Part shown: positions 1 through 12,436 of the stretch, piece after piece
Layout of the letters: the number at the start of each line of letters is the position of its first letter
Position numbering within the stretch: the first letter of the stretch is position 1
Assembly (NCBI GenBank): GCA_023920165.1
Contig: CP089276.1
Coordinates: forward strand, 1,240,001-1,304,000
Direction: 5' to 3'
Source: Curvularia clavata
Taxonomy: Eukaryota
DNA: 64,000 nucleotides
Translations under genes and position numbers: made by a program
Notes under the pieces: generated by a model
What the model saw: the letters and a program-made list of their open reading frames with translations, nothing else
Databases searched by the model: none
Told to the model about the DNA's origin: nothing

Positions 1-1269
1 CCGATCGTCTTCACTAAGATAAGGGAACATTGAAGTGAATTAACGCTAATTAGTAAATGCTAACAGCGCCACCAATTGACTAGTCGGACCTAATTGGAAT
101 CGAATGTCTATTGGGATTGAATCAATCTGCCAAGTTCTGTTAACGGCATATCTGGTCGAATGAGCAGGTTGCAATGGGATGGTGTTGGAAGAAATGAACA
201 AAGCCCTAGGCAACTTATCGCTAGCTTCATACTGCGGCGAAAAAGATATTGTTCTCACATAATCATCGCCAAGAGAAAATGGACAGTTAGCTTTCCTGTC
301 ACCCAATTCTACAGTTCACTCATCGCTGATTGGTGTCTGTATTGCGACTTCAATGTGACATAAGACTTTAAGGTCGCATACCGTTCGGTCATCAATGTTA
401 CACTTAACCCCATAGCCTAGTTCCTGTAGTGAACGCCTGAGGCTAGACAGAAACATTATCCTCGCGTCCGATCCCCTCAATTACCCTAATGCACGAAATG
501 GAGGAGCCAAGTCCGTTGTTTCCACAAATCAAGCAATCAGTGCATGGTGGACTCCACCGCATTTATACACCCCATGAATTTGCATGCAGTTGTTGCTAAG
601 AGATCCTTGTCGCCATATCCGGTGTTCGCACAGAGTCGGATGAATGAAGCATAACTTTATTATTCCTTGAATTGAGCATTTACTTAATTCGTATGCCTTA
701 AACCTAAGAACCACAACCCTCTTGCTTAATTGGTATAGTACCCAAATTCACTAACGTACTAAGGATTCAGGTGGAGCCATCTAGAATTTACAGATTACGA
801 CACAATAAAAGAACACGTGCAATAGCACAGTCCATCGTAATGGTCGTGATAAAGTTGCTGTGAAGTGGAGTCCTCCGTACCGGCAACATTTATATGGCGT
901 GTGATTCGCGCAATGCTTTGTCGCCAAGAGACTCCTACCGCGCGCTATTCCTAGTTAAAGAAGGCGATAAGATCGATAGGCCAAAGAAAAAATCCAGTGA
1001 ACTAGGCAGCATTATTCGCGTGTGCGGGCACAACCATATTTTTCCCAATCATTAATGCATGTCTAAAGCCAAAACACTACACTCTGTTCACTGCGTGCAT
1101 GTTTTTGATAAGTACATTATATATCAGCAGCCCTTGGCCGAATCATAAGTCTACTAGCCCGTACTTGGGTTTGAGCCATCTACAACAGAACAATCGCGCA
1201 TTACCATAGTAGCTAACTCCGCGTTGCTATACGACACTTGGCCTCACAATCGCTTCCTTCACAAACCCC

Positions 1270-1884
1270 ATGTCATCCTCTACCGAAGAATGGATAAACA
1301 ATCTTGGAATATTCTCAGATGAGGAATTTGTTGGCCATAGGAATTGGGGATTTACTATTTACCGCACGGGATACGGACCTTCATCTGACCAGCAGTGGCA
1401 GCAACTCCTACAAACGATTCAGCTCGGGGCGCGCAAAGGAGCTCTAGACGTGACTGAAACTACTGAAGAAGACCCTGGCTTTCAGCAGCTATGGTCCCTT
1501 TTCCGTCTTGATGCACGCTCAGACTCTGCCTTGGCGGGTCTTGGTATAGATCAGCTTCGCGATCTATACAATAGTGGTGAGGGTGGCCAACCAATGAATA
1601 CGGACTACAAGTTGCATCGGATATTTCTTCTCGCGGATGATGAGGCCCTGTCAGACCCCACTGCTTCTATTATTAAATGTGTGGACGCCGACTACCGTGC
1701 AGAAGACTATATTCCGCGGAACACAAGAATGGGTGGACAACGTTACTTTGGATGGATGCCAATGAGGGCTGGAAGCGTGGCAGAATTGTGGTCTCGCTTG
1801 GATGATTGGGACTTGTGTAGAATCGCCCCTCCTACTATCGGCGGAAGTCACTTGGTGATCTGGGATGGGCACAGCTGGCAGTGA
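1270..1884 (+). CDS. Conserved fungal hypothetical protein (WGFxIYRTxY family)
   Basis: Single-exon 204-aa ORF with natural composition. Carries WGFTIYRTGYG...W and FLLADDEAL motifs typical of a widespread uncharacterised fungal family. Confidence 0.7.
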   Translation: MSSSTEEWINNLGIFSDEEFVGHRNWGFTIYRTGYGPSSDQQWQQLLQTIQLGARKGALDVTETTEEDPGFQQLWSLFRLDARSDSALAGLGIDQLRDLYNSGEGGQPMNTDYKLHRIFLLADDEALSDPTASIIKCVDADYRAEDYIPRNTRMGGQRYFGWMPMRAGSVAELWSRLDDWDLCRIAPPTIGGSHLVIWDGHSWQ

Positions 1885-3071
1885 TGCGAACGAGGATGGA
1901 AGTTCTAGTCATCAGAAACAAAGCGGTTGAGATCTGGAGCTACTTTTGTTTGACGCTATTGACATGGAAATCTTGCTGATATTATCTACTCTTCTAATCT
2001 GGAAAAGTGCTTCGTAACTAGCTCATATGAGTAGTGTCGATAGTCAACCCAATAGCGTTTCGCCCATTCGCTCCAGGAGTCGCTAGTGAAAACTTACCCA
2101 TCCGACTTAGTCACATTCCATACCGGCTCTAAGTGATATAACCGATTTCTAGCATTGTTTATGGCGTCGGTAAGGTGTTGGCTTACATTGGGTGCTTCAG
2201 CGCCCCGGTTTTTGCCGAAGGAGGGCATTCTTGTACGGCAGAGTGGTTCAAGGCCTTGAAGATGATGGTAGCTCAAAGTTGTGAGCAGGCGTACGACGAT
2301 CCGTAGCCAGCGTCAGTAATCTTACTAGAAACATTAACACTCAAAGGTTGTCCCTGATAAGCTTTAATTGGCGGCACAGTCAGAATGTGGGTTTTACAGG
2401 GCTTTGACGGACTAGCCTACGCTTATATTGACCATTCGGAGGGGATGATAACGTATGTATTAGTTGGTCTCAATTTCGTCGGATCATTAGTCTTGCTGTT
2501 GGAGAAATTTGAACATTGGCTTCAATGACAGCTGTACGAAGTAGAAAATATCGTTGTCGTGTTGCTGGAGAATTCTAGAACAAAAATTTTCTTTCTTCTC
2601 TAGGAAAGTAAAGCTGTGTTCGGGAAAGGCAAATACAAAAGACCCTGTTCATTCGCATGGTTTTGGTTTATTTTGGAATAAGCATTGTTAACGGTCATCG
2701 TAATACCAGGAGAAGGGCACCCCTTTCCTCACCGCACCAGCTAGTCCACAATTCTAGAAATACCAAGATTGGGGCACCATGCACGCTTGCATAATACTGA
2801 AAAAAAAGGAGTTTGGAAGATAAGAGAAAAAGGACATGGGAAAAAGCAGTGATTCTGTTGAGGAATGATGGGAGACTCCCTTACCCTGCATGACCCTGTC
2901 GCTGACGCGTCAGCCGTGCGCAAAACCATAAGGAAAGCACGGGAAAACACTGAACATGAATATCACTCAGTGTACCAGCAATGAGTCGGTCAATTCTCAG
3001 CTGCAAGGTGAAAGCATGAACGCTATATGGATATCTCAAGCAAACACATAAGAAAGTCGTAAACACCATGA

Positions 3072-4272
3072 TCAAAGTCCCTCTCGATCCATCGGATCCC
3101 CAGACACCTGCCACTGGGTCAGATTCCGCTCTCGATAGCTGTCCCAATACTGCCGAATCTCGGTTGTAATATCGGTCTTCGCATCACCAGCTTCCCACAC
3201 ATCCATGCCCTCAACAACATTGAGCCACTGGACCATGCGATCACTCCGTCCATCATCACCCGCAAAGTGCACCACAAAGTCACCCTTTCTAGCGCGGAAC
3301 CATTCCAAGTCATCTGGCTCGTTTCCGGCTTCAAAGTCTTCGATGCTGTCTTCGGGTGCGGGATATGCGTTGAACCAGTACCGTGGCACTTGCACATATT
3401 CACCCTGCCATCTGGGCTCTTGAAGTACTTTCTCCATGGCTGTTTGTTCTGCGAGGATGAGATCTTCATTTGGCCGGTAATATCGATAGGCTAGGATAGT
3501 GTTGAAAAGTTGAATCGACCACTCGTTGACCCTGAACAGGAATACTCCTGCGTTCAATCCGATCTCATCATTGTTTGTGATGAGGTTGACGTTCTCGAAT
3601 TCGGAGGTATTGGGAGGGAGGAAGCTGGAAAGTGGCCGGCAAGGGTCAAGGACGATGGCGTCACGGTCGATCCAGAGTATCCATTCTAGACGTGATTCTT
3701 CGGGCTTTAACATCTCGTTCATGACCAGGTTGAGGAGGAAAGCAATCTTGTTCCACGCTCCGTCGGCAAGTTGCTCGCATAGTATATGTGCTGATGTTTC
3801 GTGGACTGCAGCGTGGAACATTTGTGATAAGATCGCACGGTTGTATGCTTCTGTTGGTTTTCCTGTCGTAATGGTCGCGAGGGCGACGCGACGGTTCTCG
3901 TGAGTGTCAAAGGGCGCATGTTTTGCACATGATTCTTTGCGTGTGATTGCGAGTCGTTTCAATCCAGTGTTGAAATCTGGCATACATTGCGTTTGCCCGT
4001 AAGAATTGTGTATCTTGCTGTAGTCAACCGACAGAATGGAGTTATTGGCTATGGATAGTATGTTAGTGTGACTTGGTAGCAATGGTTCACTTCCAGATGT
4101 CCATACTTTGGTCTTCTTGTGGTTTTCGGGCGTCTTGGAACCATACTGCTTCGGTGTGGTTGCTCGCTTGCAACACTACTGCATTGGACTCAACCCAAGA
4201 GAGTTGATAGCAGATAAAAAGCGTCAGTACACCCAGCAGGATCTTCGGAGTGAGTGCAAATGCTCGATGCAT
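3072..4272 (-). CDS. Glycosyltransferase family 34 (galactosyl transferase GMA12/MNN10-like)
   Basis: Exon 1 MHRAFALTPKILLGVLTLFICYQL (type II anchor), then a short intron at about 4051-4090 with CTAAC. Exon 2 has WNK, WILWIDRDA (DxD), GLNAGVFLFRVNEWS, EQTAM and GDFVVHFAG. Confidence 0.85.
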
Positions 4273-6009
4273 TGTGCAAGGTGTAACCAAGAAGTTGCTA
4301 AAGAGTGTGAAGATTCAGTTTAAGCCGGTAGATCCGGTAAGATGTCTGATCGACCAGCCGTGTGATATCATGTCATACAGCTCAGCAGTAACTTCCCGAA
4401 AGTCACGAGCCAGGTAAATGGGAAGAGGCCAGTCAAACAGTGTGACCGCGGACACCGACATTCTTTCAACTATATAGAGACCAGGACGCATAAATCACGG
4501 CCCTCTCAATGTCAGCCGGTGACCGTGCGGAAGTAGTAATTCAACAAGCCAGTGCCCACCATAGCGCAAGCCACAAGTCCCTAGTTCGGACTGTGATGTA
4601 ACTTTGAGACCACGACGGTTCGTCCTCCTAGGCGTACAGTGGCGAGGTGGCATTGAATGCTGCACCAGTTTCCAATTTTACTGTTGTACGAGGAGCTAAC
4701 AGGATAGGTGGCAGTTAATCTTCGTAAGCTCGGAGTTTTCGCCGGGGGGTCCAGTGCCTGGAGGTGCGTATCGTATAAAACGTCAGCAATCCTCGTAAAG
4801 GGATTTAGGGCACCGATTCCGGATACGGACAGACCAACATCCCGTAGAAAATTCGAACAGCATGCTGAACCGTTACCGTTAGGGCGACGGAGATGGGCTC
4901 ATCTGGCATGGTGGTGGCGTCTAGCGGTTGCACTTGCGGCAGCCGAAGAAAAGTATCGGCACTCGCATTACACCATATGCTAGTACCTGTCATGAAATTC
5001 ATTTGACGTTTGAGACATGTCGCCGCTGGAGTGAGTATCTAGTGAAATTGCATGGTACTCTAATTTTTGGTTGTTGGAGGTTTCAGCAAAAGAAGTCTGA
5101 TACAAAATCTAACATTACTTATCTGGTTGACCAAAATTCCTAGCGAAGAATGGAAATAGATTTTTTTAAGGAGGTTTCTAGACCAGTACCCACTTGGCCG
5201 ACACTATCAGGGACAGGTCATGGGCAGGCTGGAGAGACACTTATCATCGAAACGACTCAACAGGGCTGGCTGATAACGCAGGACAGTGTGCCGATGTGGA
5301 TACAGTCAATGAGCTACTGAAAGGGGTGAGGAGTAGAGGCTTTTTCCAGACACTGGGCAGCTGCGCAACCAATCAGCACATAGGTAGCTTCGTTAGTGTG
5401 ATCCATCGCCACTCCTACTCAAGACTGTGCTGCAAGATGTGATAGCCAATGCTTTATAAACACTGGCATCGGTAATTTGAATTACATCCACAAGGGCTCA
5501 GCCTCGCAACTCTGGCTCGATTTTGATAAAGTTTTCTCCGATGCTGTGTTCAAATTGGAGCGATTGCTTGGCGTCACTCTGGATGCTACATTGCGTATCC
5601 CGTACATCGGGAGTAGTCTTCTTTCTAGCAGAATCTTGAAATGATGAGGCAATATGGCATTCAATATTCCTTCATGTATTTTTCGAACAAACATGCAAAT
5701 CCGAGTTCGAATTGAGGATATGGTGTGTTCATCCAAGCGTATACGATAGTGGAGGAGGTTGCAAGGGCCGTCAAGTCTATCCATAACTCAAATTTCATGC
5801 CCAGGGCATTGGAAGGAATATCATGATGGTGCCTTTGCCTTCCAATGGCAGAAAATTGAAGAGTTAGGTAACGAAACAGTGACCAACAGGGCAATATGGA
5901 AGATCGTGCCAAGCCACTAATATTCGCTGACTAAACCGTATCTCGAAGCTCAGCATCATCGCGAACACCTCCGCTGACGACCCGCAAAACGCCCGCCTAC
6001 ACCCGCACA

Positions 6010-6815
6010 ATGCAGTCACTCCGCCGGACAGCAGTGGCTGCTGCCCGCTCGAGCCGAACTCCTGTCGCGCGCCAATCGCGCCGCTACGCCCACGACGAAG
6101 CCCACGCTCATGGCCACCCCAGCCCGGCCGTCGACGAACCCATCGGTGTATGTCCCCTCCCTTCAATTGCCTCGACCCAGTTCAATTATTCGACGGCAAA
6201 GAATCAATTCTATGATGGGAACTGAGAATGCGAAGATATGCTAACGCAATTGGCGTATTTAGTTGGGTTTCTGGATGACAATCGGCGTTATCCCCGCGGG
6301 CCTGGCTCTCTATACCATTTCGCGCACCAATGGCGACAACAGCGAGCCGTACTTTACCCGCATGATCGCCAATGCGACAGCCGGACTGCACGAGAAGTGG
6401 ACGGCGCAGAACGACTTGCACGTGAGGATGATTGAGCAGGCGGGCGAGGACCGAGTGCTGTTTTTGAACACAAAGCCTCAGGAGCATGTTGAGATGAAGT
6501 TCCCAGAGTACGTTTTAAAAGTTCCCGCAAGGCTTGCCGATACCACAGGCGGATTGCATAGGAAAGGAGGAGTCACAAGGAAGATGATAGATGAGGGGAT
6601 GGATGCTGACAGATGCTAGAATCATGAACGTTGGATCTCCATACAACGTCCCTGCGGGAAGCCAGGTCCAAATGGACAAGGTGATTGAAAAATATAAGAA
6701 GCTCGCCAACGAGGACAACGAGCGCAAGCTGGAGAAGCTGAGGAATAACGACATTTCGTCGGAGAAGCCGTTTGAGGGCAAGCTGCGGGTGAAGAAGGCT
6801 CCCGATATGTTTTAG
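6010..6815 (+). CDS. Mitochondrial complex I accessory subunit (fungal NADH-ubiquinone oxidoreductase 17.8 kDa-like)
   Basis: Three exons: Arg/Ala-rich presequence MQSLRRTAVAAARSS, a His-rich stretch, one TM helix and the motif FPE..N.GSPYNVPAG. Confidence 0.75.
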
Positions 6816-8376
6816 GTTCTGAGATGTAGATCCGGAACTGATTCTGCCGGAACTGTACATACTCGGGAAAAATGATATCCGTTCTTACTTGTCCTGCATT
6901 CGCTGAGATCTATGGGTTGAAGTTGGAAGTCCTAACGTGACAGCAGCGTAATGTATCATACGCAACTAGGGTGTCTGCTTGGTTGTCTTAGTAGTCGCCT
7001 CAAGCATGTCTACGGACTAACCTCAGGACGAGTGCTCATGTCACAACCTCGGGACATTTATCCAGCATAGCTAGACTCGATTTCGGCCTTGACATCTGTC
7101 CATACCGATTTCGACAGCGGTATGAGAAGTCCGGCACACGTCACACCAGTTTCATCAACAGCAAAGAGTGGTGTATGCAGGCAAGAGATTCGTTACGATG
7201 ATTGTTAGCGGTGAAGCTGAGCCACGTAGGCAGTTTAGTGTGGGAAATCTGAGACGAGCAGGGCAAGCTGGAGCAACTCGATTTGAATTTGGTAGAAGCC
7301 AAAGAAAGGCGTGGGACGGTTACCTAGTGAGATGTAGATTGTTCGATTGGGTTTTGATATTCCCCAGACTCGGGAGACAATAGTCGGAACCTACTGGGCA
7401 AGCCAGAACAAGCGTAGACGCCATAGCCCGCCATGGTAAACGTCGCTGCATAGTCGGAATGGCGTGTTTCGTGCGGGTGGAACATGCACACGTCACTTGT
7501 AGTAAGACGGTTGCTGGGCAGGTCGGCCCCACATGGCGGCCCGTACCTGACCAGGATGCTCGCTCATTGGCGCATTCTGCATCCTGGCCTGAGTTTTGCG
7601 ATGGATACAGAGGAATTGGGAGGGAAGACAGCATACGGCTGGCTGTGGCTAGACCAGTCTTGCTCAAAAGATAGATGACTCTTCTGCAGCCCATGTCCAA
7701 GGCTCACAGGGAAACTGCAAGAAATCACCACTCACCACTCACTACTCACCACTTCTATCAGCCAGGCCCAAGTAAAGGACAAGTGAGCCAGCACCAATAC
7801 GGTACTTCAACGCCACAAGGATAACAAACGAAAACATGGGAAAGGTGAGAGAGACATACCCACAAGCCGCAGCATTGCTTTTGCCTCCTTGTCGTCATGC
7901 ACTGCCCTTGAAATGAGAGAGGGTCCAAGCCGACAGGATTCCAGCTCTCCTTTGTACCTACGACTTCTCGCCGCGCCGGACCTCTTTGTTGAATCGAGAA
8001 AGAGGATTGCGAGCCAAGGCTAATTCACAGCAGTATTCCAGGCCACTCCAAGTCCGCACGCGAAGCATGGTGTGGCTTCTGTTCCGCCGGAAAAAGGTAG
8101 TCATGGTGACGGCGCCTCCAGGTAAGGCTTAGCGCCCCGGGTGGGGCCCCTGTCGTTCCCTTTCCCAAACATGGTGTATCGCAAGTCGCTTTGATCACCA
8201 ACACCAACATCGACCTCGTCGCTCAATTCCCGCCCTGCACGCTGCCATTGCCGGACCTCGAGCAACGCCAGTTCACTGTAGTGCTCCCGCTACGGGTCGA
8301 TGCTAACGTGTGCCACGCAGACTCAGTGCCTTACCTTCCCGAACTCAACTTCAGCCGCGTCATACAGAGAAATGAC

Positions 8377-9327
8377 ATGAACGGCTCAGCTTGGACCGAC
8401 GACCCTGCTCGCACGGCGAACGCCACACCCATCCGCTCCAAATCGCCTGCTGCCATGCCCCCGTATACGTCGCCTCGTAACACCTCAGGCCCGTTCCCAG
8501 TAGACAAGGCACCAATGGCTGCCGACGAAAACAACTCCTGGGCTCGTCCCAACCACCACAGCACACCAAACTCAAAGACCTCGCAATACATCGACAAGAT
8601 CACCCAAGAAAATGACCGGCTGCGACGAGAGCTCCGCGCAGAGAAGCTAGCAAGAGAGGACGAAGCCAAACGGGTGTCCGCTGCACAAACAAGGGCTGAA
8701 GACTCTCGTGCTGAGTACCAGCACCTCCAGGTCCTTGCCGACACCAACGCACGGGCGATCGAGCGCAAAGACCGGAAGCTGGAGGAGCTCAAGGCCACAC
8801 TAGAAACCGAGGTCCGCCGCAGGAAGATGGCGGAACAGAGAGCCGAAGAAGCCCTCAAAATGCTGGGTGATACACGATCAGAGACACAGCGCCAGTTGGC
8901 ACAGGCATACGAGATGAAAGGTCTCGCAGATACCAACCTAGAGACAGCACGTGACGGCTTCAAGCGCATCACCGACGGCTACGAGAACAAAGTCCGCCAG
9001 ATCAACCAAGAGCTGAATGAGCTGAGGAGAAAGCGCCTCGAAGACGCCGACAAAATCAAGCGACAGGCCATTATCAGTGATCAGCTACAACACGAATCAT
9101 CGCGCTCCGTCCGCACCGAGGCCAAACTCACAAACCTGATGGAACAGTATAAGAAAGAGCACCGCAAGGAAATGGACGCACTCATCGAGGAAGCAGAGAG
9201 ACTGCGACGCGCCATACCAGAAAAGGAGCGTGAGGCCCAGAAGTTGGTAGACGCAATGGTCGAGACCCGTGACAAGATGCGGTGGGTCATGACACAGCAT
9301 GAGCGCCAAACTAGCAGCCGGTCTTAG
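8377..9327 (+). CDS. Coiled-coil protein, She3-like (SWI5-dependent HO expression protein 3 family)
   Basis: Low-complexity N-terminus followed by a long heptad region (IDKITQENDRLRRELR...IERKDRKLEELKA.LE.E..RR). Family call is from memory; start taken at the first ATG. Confidence 0.55.
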   Translation: MNGSAWTDDPARTANATPIRSKSPAAMPPYTSPRNTSGPFPVDKAPMAADENNSWARPNHHSTPNSKTSQYIDKITQENDRLRRELRAEKLAREDEAKRVSAAQTRAEDSRAEYQHLQVLADTNARAIERKDRKLEELKATLETEVRRRKMAEQRAEEALKMLGDTRSETQRQLAQAYEMKGLADTNLETARDGFKRITDGYENKVRQINQELNELRRKRLEDADKIKRQAIISDQLQHESSRSVRTEAKLTNLMEQYKKEHRKEMDALIEEAERLRRAIPEKEREAQKLVDAMVETRDKMRWVMTQHERQTSSRS

Positions 9328-11423
9328 GAGCGTTGCATTTCTCCTCTACTCGTTGACCTACCACCGTTCGTGAGGCATCCCAGCAGCGCCTTATGGGGCA
9401 CCACATGCGCCCCCCACCTTCTACGACTATAACGACCAACTTTATTTCCTGCTTTTCAAACCACACCTGTAGCATATCTGGATAATATGGCGAATGGCGT
9501 TTCGGCATAGCATCACCACACACGCACTACCACCGTTCGAACAAGAAGGGCACAAGTTCGAGTGTAGCGCACGTGCTTCATTTCACTTTTCCTTTTACTT
9601 CTTTTTTCTTTGTACTGTGGTCTGAGAGCATAGCGGGAAAGGGGTCTAAGTAGCTGAACAGATGGACCGACGACGACGTCTGGCATCAATTCACACAGCT
9701 ATTGAATTCATCACAGTTCTCTTCTCCTTCGTAATCGCGTCCTGCCCTGATCGAACTCGGCGGTGCATTGAGCGTATCTTTACCTGAATTGACCACTTCA
9801 AGCGCAGACATCCGAAGAGCATTATCTCATCTTACACCATTCGAAATGCACATTTACTGGACCGCTAAGCAAAATCATCCTAGGCTTTCGCCTTGCATGC
9901 AACAAGCCATTTTTCTCCAACGCCACCATTAAACGAACAATCGAATCAGAGGCACACTCGCACCAAGCAGGGACAAAAGAAAAAATATGTATCAGCAGCA
10001 AAGCAGCCCGATTCTTGTCGATCCGGCAACCAGCCTCACCGCCTGTTGGTTACACCAAACGGCATAACATTCCCAATCAGGAGCCCGGAGAATGTTACCG
10101 ACAAACACATGATGCACTGTCCAGGAACCGTAAATCGTGTCGATCAATCTACGCAAAGTACTGCAAAATGCAAGCATCCTGATCTCAAAGCAGCAAGAGA
10201 AATTCCCAAAATGCCTGTTCAAATAAGAACAGAAAACGGGAACGTTGGGTTATGCTGTCTTGTAGCTAGTGAGAAAACGTATGGCAGCTTTACCTTCTTC
10301 TTCGTCTAAGCGCTGCTACGTATTAAGTGTGCATTTCTTGCCCATGCGCTGCTCACCCTTAGCGGGTACCAATCCGACTCGAGAAAACGGAAAAGTGAGT
10401 TTTCGGAGATCTTTGCAACTAAGAACGCTCGCGTACACGTGTGCAGTTGACAAATCGAGTCGACGTGATGCTACCCCGCGCACTAGGTATCTAGCATACG
10501 ATATGTAAACTTAGGAAATCGAGATCTGGACTCGCCTTGATGCCTAATATGGCGAACGTACTTGGCCTTGTTTGACAGATCAGGGGAGATGTGCATGAGA
10601 GAGACGGAAGCTGGACTGATGGACGGGTGAGAGAGGGGCCTGCTGAGTATACTGTATGTCCAGAACGCTTTGTAGTGCGGTTGAGTAATCTATGACCACA
10701 TTTTTCTGATCTACTAGATCATGGCTATCAACTGACGGAAAAGGTAAAAGAGTGCACTGTCGAAACACGACTATACGTCCAGTGATACCCAGATTTTGTA
10801 GGGCGAATACCACTGTTCTTATATCTTCGTCAACTCGGCTCGCTTATCTTTCGTGATACCTGTGTATACAGCGTAGTGAAAGGTACGGATGTCACGCATC
10901 GACTCATCACTGAGAGTACAGTGGTTGTAGCGATGCGGGAACGAGACGCAGCAGGGCACCAAATCGCACACTACGGCACTCTCCCGATAGCGACGCACCA
11001 ATGCACGCATGTCATACTTGTCATGCATGGAGCTAGACACCACATAGCCAAAACGGCATTTACGAGAAAACGACGTAGATTTTTCTGTCTCCAAAATGCC
11101 GAAACACATCTCGGGAAGCTGCTTCGTGACGTGAGGAAAACGCCACAAGGGCTACGATGATGCACATGAGTTACGTACCCGACGTGAGAGAAACTGCCGG
11201 CAAAAAGTGACAGTCCACACGAATTCAGAAAAGAGGCAAAGGGGAAGGGACATATAAGGCAGACCAGTTACCTATTCATATCATAACCAAAAGCTTTCAA
11301 ACTTCACCATTCTTCTCAACCCCAAGCGACTCGACTTCCCTGAGCTCAAATTATCTTCTTGTCCTAGACACCAGTACAAGCTCCAACCCAGTCCGTCTCC
11401 TCAACATAAAAAAACCCACCAAA

Positions 11424-11690
11424 ATGTGCAAGCACACCTTCACCGACAAAGTCGCCTTTCCCTGCATGAACGACGCCGAAGGCATCACCACCATGCCCGT
11501 AAGTCTCTCTAGCCCGAAAAACCACCCCACCACACCAGTCCCCTCACTTTCTCTTTGTACCTTCTAGTAGTCTGACTTTCCACATGCAAAGGTTCCCGGC
11601 CGCCGCTGCCCCGCCTGTCTGGAGCGCGGAAACACAGTGTGGGTGATTCCAGGAAAAGATTGCCACGAGTGCGGTACTCCTGTGAATTAG
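11424..11690 (+). CDS. 57-aa microprotein with CxxC...CxxC zinc-ribbon motif
   Basis: Exon 1 is 11424-11498 (AAAATG context); intron GTAAGT...CTGAC...AAG is 11499-11591; exon 2 is 11592-11690. Product: MCKHTFTDKVAFPCMNDAEGITTMP/VPGRRCPACLERGNTVWVIPGKDCHECGTPVN*. TATA-like TATAA near 11253. Confidence 0.75.
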
Positions 11691-12436
11691 ACGGAGAGTT
11701 TGGCATTGAAGCTGCGAGTTGGGGACTTGTTCCCAGATTGGAAAATTTTCCTCGCCTTAACTTTTCTTTCCAGGGCGGCGATCAGTTGGTATCTCACACG
11801 GGGTTTTGTTCCTGGGAGACTCGCACCACTGGGGGAGGGACGTTTGTGTGCATTTTCTGGCAGGGAGGAGAGAATTTGCTTGATTTATTTTTTTCTTCTC
11901 TTGGGGGTCGGTACTTGTAATTTAGCATGGAGTGGTCAGTTGAACAATGAAAAGTCTTATCTAAATCGCCTATGGAACGGACACGAATATCAGCATGATT
12001 CTGGGAGAGGTTTCACACAGTCACCATTGTAATGTTTGGTAGTAATTCTGTAAAACCTGATCTTCAAGACAAACCTACGCTTGCTATGACTATACTTTTC
12101 GTCATGCCCCCATAGAGAAACACGAACGACTGCATAACTTCACGAAATCTCCACTCATGCACTCTTGAGCCGTGTGAAACTCTGACGACTACTACCAAAC
12201 CTCCGCTTCTCGCTCTGTGGCGGATGATACAACTTCTGGTACTGACGCTCATGATGCTGCTGCAAAACCTCATTCGAGAACTGTTTTCCACGACCAAACC
12301 GTAGACCAGTCGGGAAAAACTAACCAATCGCATTAGCAAAACGCCCCCACCCAACAGGGCAAAGAACAATTGTTTCAAGGAAAGACAGTAGTAGGACGAT
12401 CGTCTTAGTGACGGCCAGGAAGAACACGAAATTTGT

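Noticed and set aside
1..1200. Possible RIP-degraded transposon or gene relic
   Set aside because: Somewhat AT/TpA-rich, but no recognisable transposase or RT motif, terminal repeats or target-site duplication.
5482..5912. Overlapping short minus-strand ORFs as a pseudogene
   Set aside because: No recognisable domain, and the region is the upstream DNA of the complex I subunit gene.
8331..8972. Long antisense ORFs (also 21036-21713, 56809-57597, 52270-53157 and others)
   Set aside because: These are shadows of well-supported genes on the opposite strand and have no motifs of their own.
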